From the NCBI GenBank assembly GCA_963758295.1, contig CAVWUU010000004.1, positions 960,001 to 1,024,000 on the forward strand: a DNA stretch of 64,000 nucleotides, given 5' to 3'. The position numbers and the translations under genes were made by a program. Below, in pieces: positions 40,002 through 49,423 of this stretch (position 1 is the stretch's first letter; each line of letters begins with the position of its first letter). The notes under the pieces are model-generated. The model did no database searches. It saw only the letters and a program-made list of their open reading frames with translations, and was not told where the DNA came from. Source of the DNA: Candidatus Eremiobacteria bacterium (GTDB lineage: Bacteria > Vulcanimicrobiota > Vulcanimicrobiia > Vulcanimicrobiales > Vulcanimicrobiaceae).

Positions 40002-41275
40002 ATATCGCCGTCATCGGTTTGGGATACATCGGTTTGCCGACCGCCGCACTGTTCGCGCAACATGGGCACCGCGTGTACGGTTATGATGTCAATCCGCACG
40101 TACGTCGCACGCTGCAAAGCGGGGACGTGCAGGCGGGCGAAGAGCCGGTGCGCCACGCCGTCGAGCAAGCGATAGCGAGCGGGCACTTCTTCGTCCTCGA
40201 TCGCGTGCCCACAGCACAGGCTTATATCTTGTGCCTTCCCACGCCGACGCACGAAGGAAAGCCGGTGCTTGAGTACGTGGAAACGGCGGCCGCCGAAGTT
40301 GCTATCGTCGCGGAACCAGGCGCAATCGTCGTCTTGGAATCGACCGTTCCCCCGGGCACCACCGATAGGATCTTTGAGCGAGCGTTTGCGGAAGCCGGAA
40401 AAAACATCGACGACTATCACGTTGCGCATTGCCCCGAACGCGTCATTCCGGGAGCTATCATTCAGGAACTTGAGAACAACGCACGGGTCGTCGGCGGCCG
40501 CACGCCGGCCGACGCTGCCGTCGTCGCGGCGCTGTACGCATCGTTCTGTCACGGAGAAATTTCCTTAACGACGACGGCGGTTGCCGAGTTCGTAAAGGTG
40601 GTAGAAAACACGTTTCGCGACGTCAACATCGCATTCGCCAACGAACTCGCGGTCTTTGCTGAAGAGCTTGGCGTCGACGTTTGGGAAAGCATTGCGCTTG
40701 CGAACGCTCACCCGCGTGTGAATATTTTGAATCCTGGACCAGGCGTCGGCGGTCATTGCATCCCGGTGGATCCGCTGTTTCTTGCCGATGCGAATCCGCT
40801 CGTTACGGAGTTGATTCAATCGGCACGACGCGTGAACGAACGCATGCCCTATCGAATCGTCCGGCGGATCTCGGAACTCGTCGAGCCGGCTCAAGGGCGG
40901 AAGATTGCCATTTTGGGGGCTGCTTATAAGGCCGACGTCGACGATGCGCGTGAAAGTCCCGCGGTTCGCATCGACCATCTGCTTCGCGAACATCGCTACA
41001 CGACGGCGATTTACGACCCGTTGGTACAGCACTTTGCACGCCCGCTTGCGCAAACGCTTGAAGAAGCTGTAACCGGCTCCGATGCGGTGGTTCTTGTAAC
41101 GCCGCACTCCCAGTTCCGCGCAATTGACCCGGCGGAAGTGGCGTCACTAATGCGTGCGCCTCGCCTTGTTGACACGCGTAACTTCTTCGATGCGGCAACG
41201 TGGCAACACGCGGGCTTCGAAACCTACTTTCTGGGACGCCCGTTTAAGAAACGGTTGGCTAGGGCAGTGGCATGA
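39998..41275 (+). CDS. UDP-N-acetylhexosamine 6-dehydrogenase (WecC/WbpA-like)
   Basis: IGLGYIGLPTA, ESTVPPGTT, HCPERV, ENTFRDVNIAFANE and GPGVGGHCIPVDP motifs. Confidence 0.92.
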   Translation: MNIAVIGLGYIGLPTAALFAQHGHRVYGYDVNPHVRRTLQSGDVQAGEEPVRHAVEQAIASGHFFVLDRVPTAQAYILCLPTPTHEGKPVLEYVETAAAEVAIVAEPGAIVVLESTVPPGTTDRIFERAFAEAGKNIDDYHVAHCPERVIPGAIIQELENNARVVGGRTPADAAVVAALYASFCHGEISLTTTAVAEFVKVVENTFRDVNIAFANELAVFAEELGVDVWESIALANAHPRVNILNPGPGVGGHCIPVDPLFLADANPLVTELIQSARRVNERMPYRIVRRISELVEPAQGRKIAILGAAYKADVDDARESPAVRIDHLLREHRYTTAIYDPLVQHFARPLAQTLEEAVTGSDAVVLVTPHSQFRAIDPAEVASLMRAPRLVDTRNFFDAATWQHAGFETYFLGRPFKKRLARAVA

Positions 41276-42261
41276 CGACGCTGCGCCGCTTTGCCTTAGG
41301 ATTCCCTGTAACATCGTGGTCCCACCGGCGCGGCTACTCCCTTGAGAGTGTCGCGACGCCGGGCAAAGGTCCTTACTACGTTCAATGGGATCCCGGCAGC
41401 GGCGTTTATGGCGAAGATTGGACCGGAGCGCCGCGCGATCGCAACGGCGTTTTGCTGAGCGGCGGGAATCTTGGGCAGTACCATCCGATCCGAATAGCGC
41501 AGTTTGCACTGCATCGGTTCCAGATCTGGAATGTAACGAGAGATCCGCAAGCGCGAGCCGACGTACTGGCCCAAGCGGATTGGCTGCGAGACAAGCAGCA
41601 GCTCTCCGGTGTTCGGGGCATTTACAAGTTCGAGTTTCCGTGGCGCAAATATGGCGCCTTCGGCGAGTGGTCGTCGGCAATGGCTCAAGGCGAGGCGATT
41701 TCCGTGCTCCTGAGGGCCCACACCCTCGAACCGTACAGCGGTTACGACGAAGGCGCTTCACGCGCTGCATTACCCTTTCGACGCGATATACGCGAGGGTG
41801 GCGTCGTCTGGAAAGACGGCGACGACGTCTTTTTTGAAGAGATCGCCAACGAACATGCGCCGCATGTCCTGAACGGCTGCATCTTCGCGCTCTGGGGACT
41901 GTGGGAGCTTTGGAAAACCACTGGCGACTCATGGCAAGGTTCGCTCGTAGAGCGGTGCGTCGATACGCTGGAACGCCGGCTGCCGGCCTATGATACCGGG
42001 TGGTGGACGCTCTATAGTCTCATGCGATCCGCGTCCGGCATACCGCACGTGGCGACGCTGAAATACCATCAGTTTCACGTCGCACAGATGCACGTGCTTG
42101 CGCGGATGTTCGGTCGCGCGGCTTTCGAGGACGCGGCAAAACGTTGGACGCAATACGCAAACCAGCGGACGTGCCGGTCGCGCCTTGTCGCCGCAACGAT
42201 GCGCAGCCTTCCCGACCGCTTTCTCGGGCGCGATACGGTGGTCGGGGGCGCGCACACGTGA
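41272..42261 (+). CDS. D-glucuronyl C5-epimerase family protein (C5-epim_C)
   Basis: PIRIAQFAL, WSSAMAQG, FFEE, HVLNGCIFALWGL, YDTGWWTLYSL and YHQFHVAQM match the order of GLCE-type motifs. Confidence 0.85.
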   Translation: MTTLRRFALGFPVTSWSHRRGYSLESVATPGKGPYYVQWDPGSGVYGEDWTGAPRDRNGVLLSGGNLGQYHPIRIAQFALHRFQIWNVTRDPQARADVLAQADWLRDKQQLSGVRGIYKFEFPWRKYGAFGEWSSAMAQGEAISVLLRAHTLEPYSGYDEGASRAALPFRRDIREGGVVWKDGDDVFFEEIANEHAPHVLNGCIFALWGLWELWKTTGDSWQGSLVERCVDTLERRLPAYDTGWWTLYSLMRSASGIPHVATLKYHQFHVAQMHVLARMFGRAAFEDAAKRWTQYANQRTCRSRLVAATMRSLPDRFLGRDTVVGGAHT

Positions 42262-43442
42262 ATGTAGCCGTTCTCACGCATTTCTATCCGCCGGAACCCT
42301 GCGCCGCCGCAACTCGCGTTGCGTCGTTAGTTGAAGCCCTCGCCAACCGCGGCCACCATGTGACCGTTGTGACGAATTTTGCGTCCTTTCCTGGCGGGCG
42401 GTTTTCACCCAAGGATCGGTGGAAATTGGGGCGGGTCAAAGACGGAGGGCGCGTAAAGACGGTCCGTTTGTTCTCGCTCGTCCTGTCGCGCATGCCCGGC
42501 AGGCGGCTCGTGCATTGGCTTTCATCAGCCGTTGCATCGACAATATACCTGTTGACGACGCGGGCGCGCTTCGACACGATTGTTGTGAGTTCGCCGCCGG
42601 TCACACTTGGCGTTCCGGCACTCATCGGCAGTTGGCGCCATCGCGCCCGCCTTGTCGTCGATATCCGCGACGTCTTTCCGGACATTGCGATTGCTATGGG
42701 TGCATGGTCGAAAAACGGCTTCCCGGCGCGCGCTACGGAATGGCTCGTACGCCGCTTGTATCGCCGGGCCAATCTCGTAGTCGCCGTAACACCTACCGCC
42801 ATAGAGCAAGTCGCATCTCGCGGCATCTCCCGTTCGAAGTTGCTCTTGGCGCGAAATGCTGCGCAAGAAACGCCGGAGGTCTTGGCGCACCGCAATGGCA
42901 ACGGGTTCACCGCAATCTATGCCGGCAATCTGGGAATTGCGACCGATGTCGATCTAATCGTCGACGCCGCTGCCATGCTGGCAGCAGACGGGATAACATT
43001 CGAAGTTGTAGGTGATGGCGCCCAGCGCGCTCATCTCGACGAACGGATCGTTGCAGAGCGCCTGAGAAACATCGTCGTTCGCGGCAGCATGCCGCGATTG
43101 GAAGCGCTTCAACACGTAGCCGGCGCAGACGTTTCGATCGTTCCCCTGCGAAAAGGCATCGAAGAAAGTGTCCCGACCAAACTTTATGATTCGCTCGCAC
43201 TCGGGTGCCCGGTCGTCGTTGCTGCGGGCGGAGAAGCGTCGTCCGAAGGAACGGAGCTTGGCGCGTTTTGTACGCCCGCAGGTGATGCAGGCGCATTAGC
43301 GACGACGCTTCGCCGATTGCGCGCGCTCGATCCGAAAGAGCTGCGCGACCTCGGGCTCGCGGGACGCGATCGCATTCGCAGCCGGACGGATCGCGCCGGC
43401 ATAATGGCCGAGATGGCAGCGCGTATAGAAAGCTTGGCGTGA
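42258..43442 (+). CDS. GT4 glycosyltransferase (WbuB-like)
   Basis: HFYPPE, SSPP, DIRDVFPD, YAGNLG and PTKLYDSLA motifs. Confidence 0.88.
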   Translation: MNVAVLTHFYPPEPCAAATRVASLVEALANRGHHVTVVTNFASFPGGRFSPKDRWKLGRVKDGGRVKTVRLFSLVLSRMPGRRLVHWLSSAVASTIYLLTTRARFDTIVVSSPPVTLGVPALIGSWRHRARLVVDIRDVFPDIAIAMGAWSKNGFPARATEWLVRRLYRRANLVVAVTPTAIEQVASRGISRSKLLLARNAAQETPEVLAHRNGNGFTAIYAGNLGIATDVDLIVDAAAMLAADGITFEVVGDGAQRAHLDERIVAERLRNIVVRGSMPRLEALQHVAGADVSIVPLRKGIEESVPTKLYDSLALGCPVVVAAGGEASSEGTELGAFCTPAGDAGALATTLRRLRALDPKELRDLGLAGRDRIRSRTDRAGIMAEMAARIESLA

Positions 43443-44273
43443 CCGCTCACACAGTCCACGGCTTTTGGACATGGCAGCTCATCTTTGCAATGGCGCTGAA
43501 CTGCGTGGTGCAGGCGCTAGCTGTTGCGGCTTATGCGGCTCGATTAGCTGGCGCGCGTTCCGGCCGGGTTGCTACTGCTATTTCGCTTTTCAATATGTTT
43601 GCAACGAGCAGTCGATTCGCGCAAATGTTCTACACGCCGATGCTCGGGTCTTTATCAGACCGCGCCTCAGTTGGCAACAATAGATGTTTTCCAATGGCAG
43701 CTGCGTTCGATCGTTTTCGCCGGGACGTTCGGAGTTATAGTGGGAACACTCGCGATTCCGACGTTCGTCATGCTGTACCTTCGCGCGATACACTCGCTCG
43801 AGCGCCACGGAAGCGTCCCAAAAGCAGCGATCCGGATCTTCCGGCCGCTCACGGCCTTCGCCGTACTGAAAGACATAAAGTTCGGCGTAGCGAGTAAAAT
43901 CAGAGATTTATCGTTCCGGCATGTGCCCAAAGACGTGCTCGTGCTCAACACGTTAGTAACGTCGATCTACGGCATCGGCATCGTTGCCGCGGCGTATGCT
44001 AGCGTCTTATATCCTCAGGCTGCCCGAACTGCGGTATTGTCCAGCGGGCTCGTGAACGGCTTTGCCACGATTGCTTATAACATCGTCGTTGATCCGGCTT
44101 CCGCGCTGATCACCGACCGCACCGTGCGCGGCGAACGATCGGTGGACGACGTAAAGTCGCTCGTGACCGGCCTATCACTTACGGCGATTTTAGGATTTCT
44201 CTGTTCGCAGCTGCTGCTTATCCCGGGCGCGCTGCTTATCGAGTGGGCAGCGAGGCTGATCACAGCGCATTGA
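43439..44273 (+). CDS. amj: Amj-family lipid-linked saccharide flippase (DUF2837) (frameshift ~43675)
   Basis: AYAARLAG.R..R.A.AISLFN...SR..QMF.TPMLG, SGLVNGFATI and VDP motifs. Confidence 0.8.
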
Positions 44274-44282
44274 ATCGCTGAT

Positions 44283-44300
44283 ATAGGCCGAGAGGCCTAT
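44283..44300. promoter_or_regulatory. Palindrome of the DosR-like family upstream of the Wzy/WaaL-like gene
   Basis: ATAGGCC-GAGA-GGCCTAT; it could alternatively be a small hairpin after amj. Confidence 0.45.
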
Positions 44301-44385
44301 GCGATGAGCCGTTCATCTCGAAGACGACCTTGAGACCTTCGCTTCTGGGAAGCACAACGGTCCTACCTTATACTGAACAGAACGC

Positions 44386-45770
44386 ATGATAAACACAACG
44401 GTCCAACAGCTCGGCTTACGGGCGGCGCTTGTAGCGGCAACAGCAGCATTCTGCGTTCTCGCGGTCTTTCTGTTGATTTCGGGCACCTCGCTGGGCGCCG
44501 CCGGCATAGTTGCCATTGCCATTGCGCCATTCGGCCTGTATCTCGCATTGGTTCGCCCGGTCATGTTTCCTTTCGGCTTATACGTGCTACTGATTCCATT
44601 CGATAATTTGCTTGGTTTTGGGTCGTTCGGAACAATCACGAAGTTGCTTGGCGCAGTGGCGGGGGTTTTTTTACTTTTCTGGGGCGTTAGACGACACGCT
44701 CTTAACTTTGGTGGCCGCTCGGTCTTGCTGCTTTCCGTGCTGATGGTGTGGATGTTGATCAGTTCGCTTATGGGCGCTAGATCAACAAGACGCAATGCAG
44801 ATCGTGCCGACCTACGCCGGTCTAATATTGCTTTACGGCGTTGTCAGCGCAATCCCAATCAACGGCGCCCAATTTCGCATGCTGCTGTTCTTACTGTGGC
44901 AGGCGGCGTCATTGCGTCGGCTTATGGTGCGAATGTGTTTTATCACGACCCAACACTCACTCAAAACATGCGGCCGCAAGACTGGTACTTACATTCCGGC
45001 GCGTTTACATCGACCCCAACCAGTTTGCCGATTCGTTATTGTTTCCGGCGGCGATTTTCGCGATGTGGGCCTCCATTTATCGAGGATCTTGGTTAGGCTT
45101 CTGTGCGTGGCGGACCTTGGGCTCGTTACGTTAGCGATTCTTTGGAGCGGTTCACGTGAAGCGTTAATCGGACTGGCTTTCATCGGCCGCATACTTTATC
45201 TTCCGCGCTCTCGCAGGCTATATGCTTGCACTCAATAGTGCTATCGTGCTCGCGGTCGCGGGAACCGTGCAGACATCGATTTGGATGCGGTTTCAACCGC
45301 GATCGACACCGGCGGTTCGGGCCGAACATCAATCTGGGCCGTCGGAATCGAGGCGGCGAAGCATCGCCTTCTTCAAGGATACGGGATGGGAAATTTGCCG
45401 GATGCATATGATTTATTTTATCTCGGCGTACATCAAACTTATCCATTCGGGTTCAGCAGTCCGGCGCACAACCTGGTTCTGCACTATTTAGTGGAGCTCG
45501 GTTCCATCGGGCTCTTGCTTGATGGTCTATTTTTTTTATCGGAATTCCGTTCGCTCAGGCACATCAGGCCGGGCAGCCGAGTACTACGATTACCGAATCA
45601 TGCTCGAAGGCGCGTTCCTCGCATTGGCAGCGGTGTCGCTGACCATCGATCTCTTCACCTACAAATATGCGTGGCTCGTATTCTTCATGATTGCTTTTCT
45701 GCGAAACGTTGCGCCGGTCAACAAGAGCGCCGCGCAGTATCGCTATGGAAGCGAATACATGTTGAAATAA
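44386..45770 (+). CDS. O-antigen ligase / Wzy-like polysaccharide polymerase (several frameshifts)
   Basis: Multi-TM fragments carry IDPNQFA, ILWSGSREA, GGSGRTSIW..GYGMGN and PAHNLVLHYLVELG in successive frames. Confidence 0.8.
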
Positions 45771-46567
45771 TTAAACGTATTCTGCTGGCGAGTCAAGCGT
45801 TGAGAAATGCGGCACGCTCCAGTCCCACACGTAAAGCCCGATCCCGGTAATAACGTACTGCGATTGGCCGCCGGCTGGTTTCTGCAAGTTTGAGATTTTC
45901 GGAAGGACAAGACGGAATTCGGTCCGTTCCGGTTCAACGTGCACGAACCGTTGCCGTCGTAAGAGAGCGTGACTTTCAAATCCCACGTATCTGCTGTACC
46001 TTTGTGTATGGTCCGCTCCAAGCTAGATCATTGAGCTGCCCGTCATTGCTGCAGTGCAAGTAGTATTTATTGCCTGCGCCGCCGATGTTTTCTAAGCCGA
46101 AAGCGACCGGGGGCGGCGCTTCGATATTGTCATGAATCTGCAAAATTAAGCTCTGCGTCATGTTGGCATCGGGCGTCAGATCGCCCGCCGTTCGAAATCG
46201 GTACTCGACCGTGGATCCGTTTTGCGGTATAGTCGCTCGTGCTGTTTGAGCGCGGCACCCAGAATCGCCATACAACGAAACGGACTCGTCGCGTCTAAGT
46301 TTGGCACGCGCAATTGAAAACGTCGCGGCGAATTTGGCGAAAGTTTCATACAATTAGCCGCTTCGCCGCCTTCACCGGGGTTAGAAGGCTGGCCGATGTC
46401 CATCGAAGCGTACCGCCGTCTGGCGGCGCCGGGGTGATCCTGGGCGAGCACCGCCTGAGCTTGTGAAGTGAAGAAGCGCTACGTTTTGGGTGGATTGCTT
46501 CGACGTGCCACCCGCGCTGCAAGAACAAAGAAACACTAGGAACATTGCGGCGATAACTCTGATTCAA
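45771..46567 (-). pseudogene. Polysaccharide-lyase-like beta-jelly-roll lipoprotein, heavily frameshifted (pseudogene or assembly errors)
   Basis: Lipobox-like FLCSC near 46520; SLILQIH, AWSGPYTKG..DTWDLKV and GIGLYVWDW parallel the two neighbouring paralogs. Confidence 0.55.
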
Positions 46568-46665
46568 AGCGTCCTCCGGACATAATTTGCCTTTAGTAAA
46601 ACTTGATGACCAAGCTTCCCAATAGGTACAAAGTTCGATTTTGACCGTACTCGGGCGAGAAAATT

Positions 46666-46679
46666 GAGCCGTCCGGCTC
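46666..46679. promoter_or_regulatory. Palindrome in the divergent lyase-like promoter region
   Basis: (T)GAGCC-GTCC-GGCTC(A), same 5-4-5 geometry as the other boxes. Confidence 0.35.
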
Positions 46680-46712
46680 ATCGTCCTCAAACTGTGGGCA
46701 CCCACAATAAGG

Positions 46713-47481
46713 GTGTGCTTTACGCTGGTTTTTGACCCTTGTGCTCCTCGCACTTGCTCCAGTTCGCGGGTACCCCGCCATGCAACCATGTGGCAAACCG
46801 GCGACCCAAGTCTCGGCAAATGGGTGAAGGCCGATAACGATGACTATCAATGCGGCATGCCGCGAGTTCGCGGTACGCAGATGCTGTTCACGCTGATCGA
46901 AGACACCGAGCGGATATTCATGCGGCAGGAACGAAGCAAACCTTTTAATTCGAGCGGCGAGCTGCTCCGTCTTGAACAGGGACGCACATATACGTTTTCG
47001 TTCCACTACGTAGACGGCACGCCTGGCGGCTCGGCGCCGGGAATGGGCGGCGACGCTGACGCTCGCAGTCTCATATGGCAAATTCACGGCTATCCCGAAT
47101 TTGGCACACCTTGTACGACGTTAAATTTCTTCAACGGCGGAAAAATCGGAGGGCCTCAGCAGTGGGCGCTCGGCACGTGCAACGCACGCGGAGAAAGCTT
47201 GATGGGCAAAGTTCAGCCGGTGTGGACCGGAACCTATACGCCCGGGCGAAACCGACGACTGGAAGATCATCGTAGTTGCCTCCAATGAAGCAACCGGCTC
47301 AGTAACCTTATACCGGAATAACGTGCTTCAAGGCAGCTGGCGAAACATCGTGACATACCACGGCATCAACCGACCGTGGGTTGGGATAGGCGCATATAAA
47401 TGGATCTGGGAGCACCGCAATCTGTCGAGTATGACGCAGGTAAACCTCACCATTGAAAATTTTCTCGTTACCACACCATAA
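46713..47481 (+). CDS. Secreted polysaccharide-lyase-like protein (frameshifts ~46735-46785, ~47245)
   Basis: DARSLIWQIHGY and VWTGTYTPG, then ETDDWKI...IGAYKWIWE; TAA at 47479-47481. Confidence 0.6.
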
Positions 47482-47498
47482 CGATACGGTCGCACATG

Positions 47499-47537
47499 AA
47501 ACGAAGACCGCCGGCACAAACCAGCGGTCTTCGTTTT
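47499..47537. terminator. Bidirectional intrinsic terminator between convergent lyase-like genes
   Basis: AAACGAAGACCGC...GCGGTCTTCGTTTT. Confidence 0.75.
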
Positions 47538-47555
47538 GCGATAGTCAGACGATTA

Positions 47556-49179
47556 CTACTGCGTAAGCGTCATGTTGTTGATGGTCGCATTGATTTTCGT
47601 CATAGTCGATCCGCCACCGCCGGACAATTCCCAGCGCCACTTGTACGGTCCAAAGTTCCACCACGGATTGCCGGAGCTGTTGTGGTAGTTCGCGCCGCTC
47701 ACGGAAGCAACGAGCGAGCCGTTGCGGTAGAGCTGCGTAAGGCCGGTTGACCCTTCCGAGATGCGAGCCACGATCTTGAACGAATCCGTTTCACCCGGGG
47801 TGTACGTTCCCGTCCACACGATGCCGGCAGCACGTCATGAGTGCCCACATCTGGGGACCGCCCGTATCCTTCGTTCCGTTGACAAAGTTCAGGCTCGTGC
47901 AAGGCGTATCCGGCTCGTTGTAGCCGTGAATCTGCCAAATTAGCGAACGTGCGTCGTTATCTGAGCCCATGCCGGGGCCGCCGCCGCTCGGGGTACCATC
48001 AACGTAATTGAACGACCACGTGTACGTTCCGCCATCCGCCAGGCGGACCGTCGAACCGGAGCTCGTCAGCGGATTGGCTTGATTGCGTCCGCAAGACGTG
48101 CCGCTCAGTGAGAGCCCGAACGTGAACGTCGTGCCGCTGTTGACCGGATTTCCACACTGGTATGTATTCGCCGTCGTCCACTTGCCGAGAGTTGCATCGC
48201 CGGCTTTCCAGATCGTGGTTCCGCTTACAGGAGCGGCGGTCGGAGTCGCAACAGGCTTCGCGGTCGGCGCGGCGGTCGGGTTTGCCGTCGGAGCCGAGGT
48301 CGGCTTCGCTCCGGCAGTCGGCGCCGACGTTGGCGAAACGGTGCCGGCTGACGTTGACGCGCTGTAATGAGCGCTGACTTGCGACGCACTCAAGGCCTTG
48401 TTGTATACAGCAACGTTTCCGATGGTTCCACTGAATGCGGGGTTCGACGACGACGCATCGTCGCCGATTGACAGACCGTAACCGCTGACGTAGGTCAGGC
48501 TTCCGGTGGCAGCGCTCGATGCAACGAGCTTGCCGTTGAGGTACAGGCTTGCCGTCGTGCCGCTATACGTTGCGACAGCGTCATATGCGGTGTTCGCCTG
48601 AAGCGTCGGCGAGGTCAGTTCCGTTAATCCGCTCGAACGCGTGAACTGCGCAATGATCTGGCCGTTCTTGAAGAACAGCTCGTACGTCGCGTTACCGCTA
48701 CGCTGCCCATACGCAGCCAGTACGGTGTAGTTCGCCGGCTCGGCGGCAAAACGGAAGAGTGATTCGATCGAAACGGCAGATGCGGGCTGCAGCATCGACG
48801 TTGCAGCAACGCGGATTGCACCGGCCGCTGACCGCGTGCCAGGGAACGCCATCGCGTTGGTAGACGGGACGATACCCGACGCGTCGAGTTGAACCGACGA
48901 TCCGACCGTGCCGTCGAGGCCGTTGCCGGTCGCATCAACTGCAGTGCGCGTCGAATCGGAAAGGGGATAGTAAGCAACCGGTGTGTCGCTCGAAACAATA
49001 GAACTATAAGACGATTGGGCGGACGTCGATTCCAGAACCGTCTGGCCCGTGGAGCCGGAAGCGGGGAGCGCAGGCAACGTGCCTGATGATGCGGTTGTGC
49101 CTCCACCTGCACTTCCGCCGCACGCGGCCAAACTCAAGCTCAAAGCAATAGGAAACAGACGCTGTAAGGGTTTCAGCAT
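47556..49179 (-). CDS. Lipoprotein: LamG/ConA-like domain + PT linker + polysaccharide-lyase-like domain (frameshift ~47830)
   Basis: Lipobox LAAC; LamG signature ATYSGTTASLYLNG..IGNVAVYNKALS; APTA repeats; DARSLIWQIHGY and WNFGPYKWRW. Confidence 0.7.
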
Positions 49180-49423
49180 TAGACCTCAGATTTAGGCGTA
49201 GTAAGCTGCGCGCAGAAACGCCGGCCTTGGCCTTGGCGCAAAACGGACAGCCCTAGTTAGCTCGCTTCCTTGCTTCTCCGCGTCTGTCTGTGTGGGGGAG
49301 TGGGTCGATAAACGCAGGTCCGAGATGGGCGCACGACGGCACCCGATATAGAAGTGGTCGGACCTTGCTGAGGGGGACTTTAGTGTTTACGGCCCTTGAA
49401 GAATTACAGCTCGGTTAGAGCGC

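Noticed and set aside
48230..48345. DNA repeat element (gtcgg units)
   Set aside because: It simply encodes the APTA/KPT linker of the lipoprotein.
41272..49179. Bacterial true (sulfated) heparin synthesis
   Set aside because: No sulfotransferase or PAPS-synthesis genes in the window, and the sugar pathway points to N-acetylated amino-uronates.
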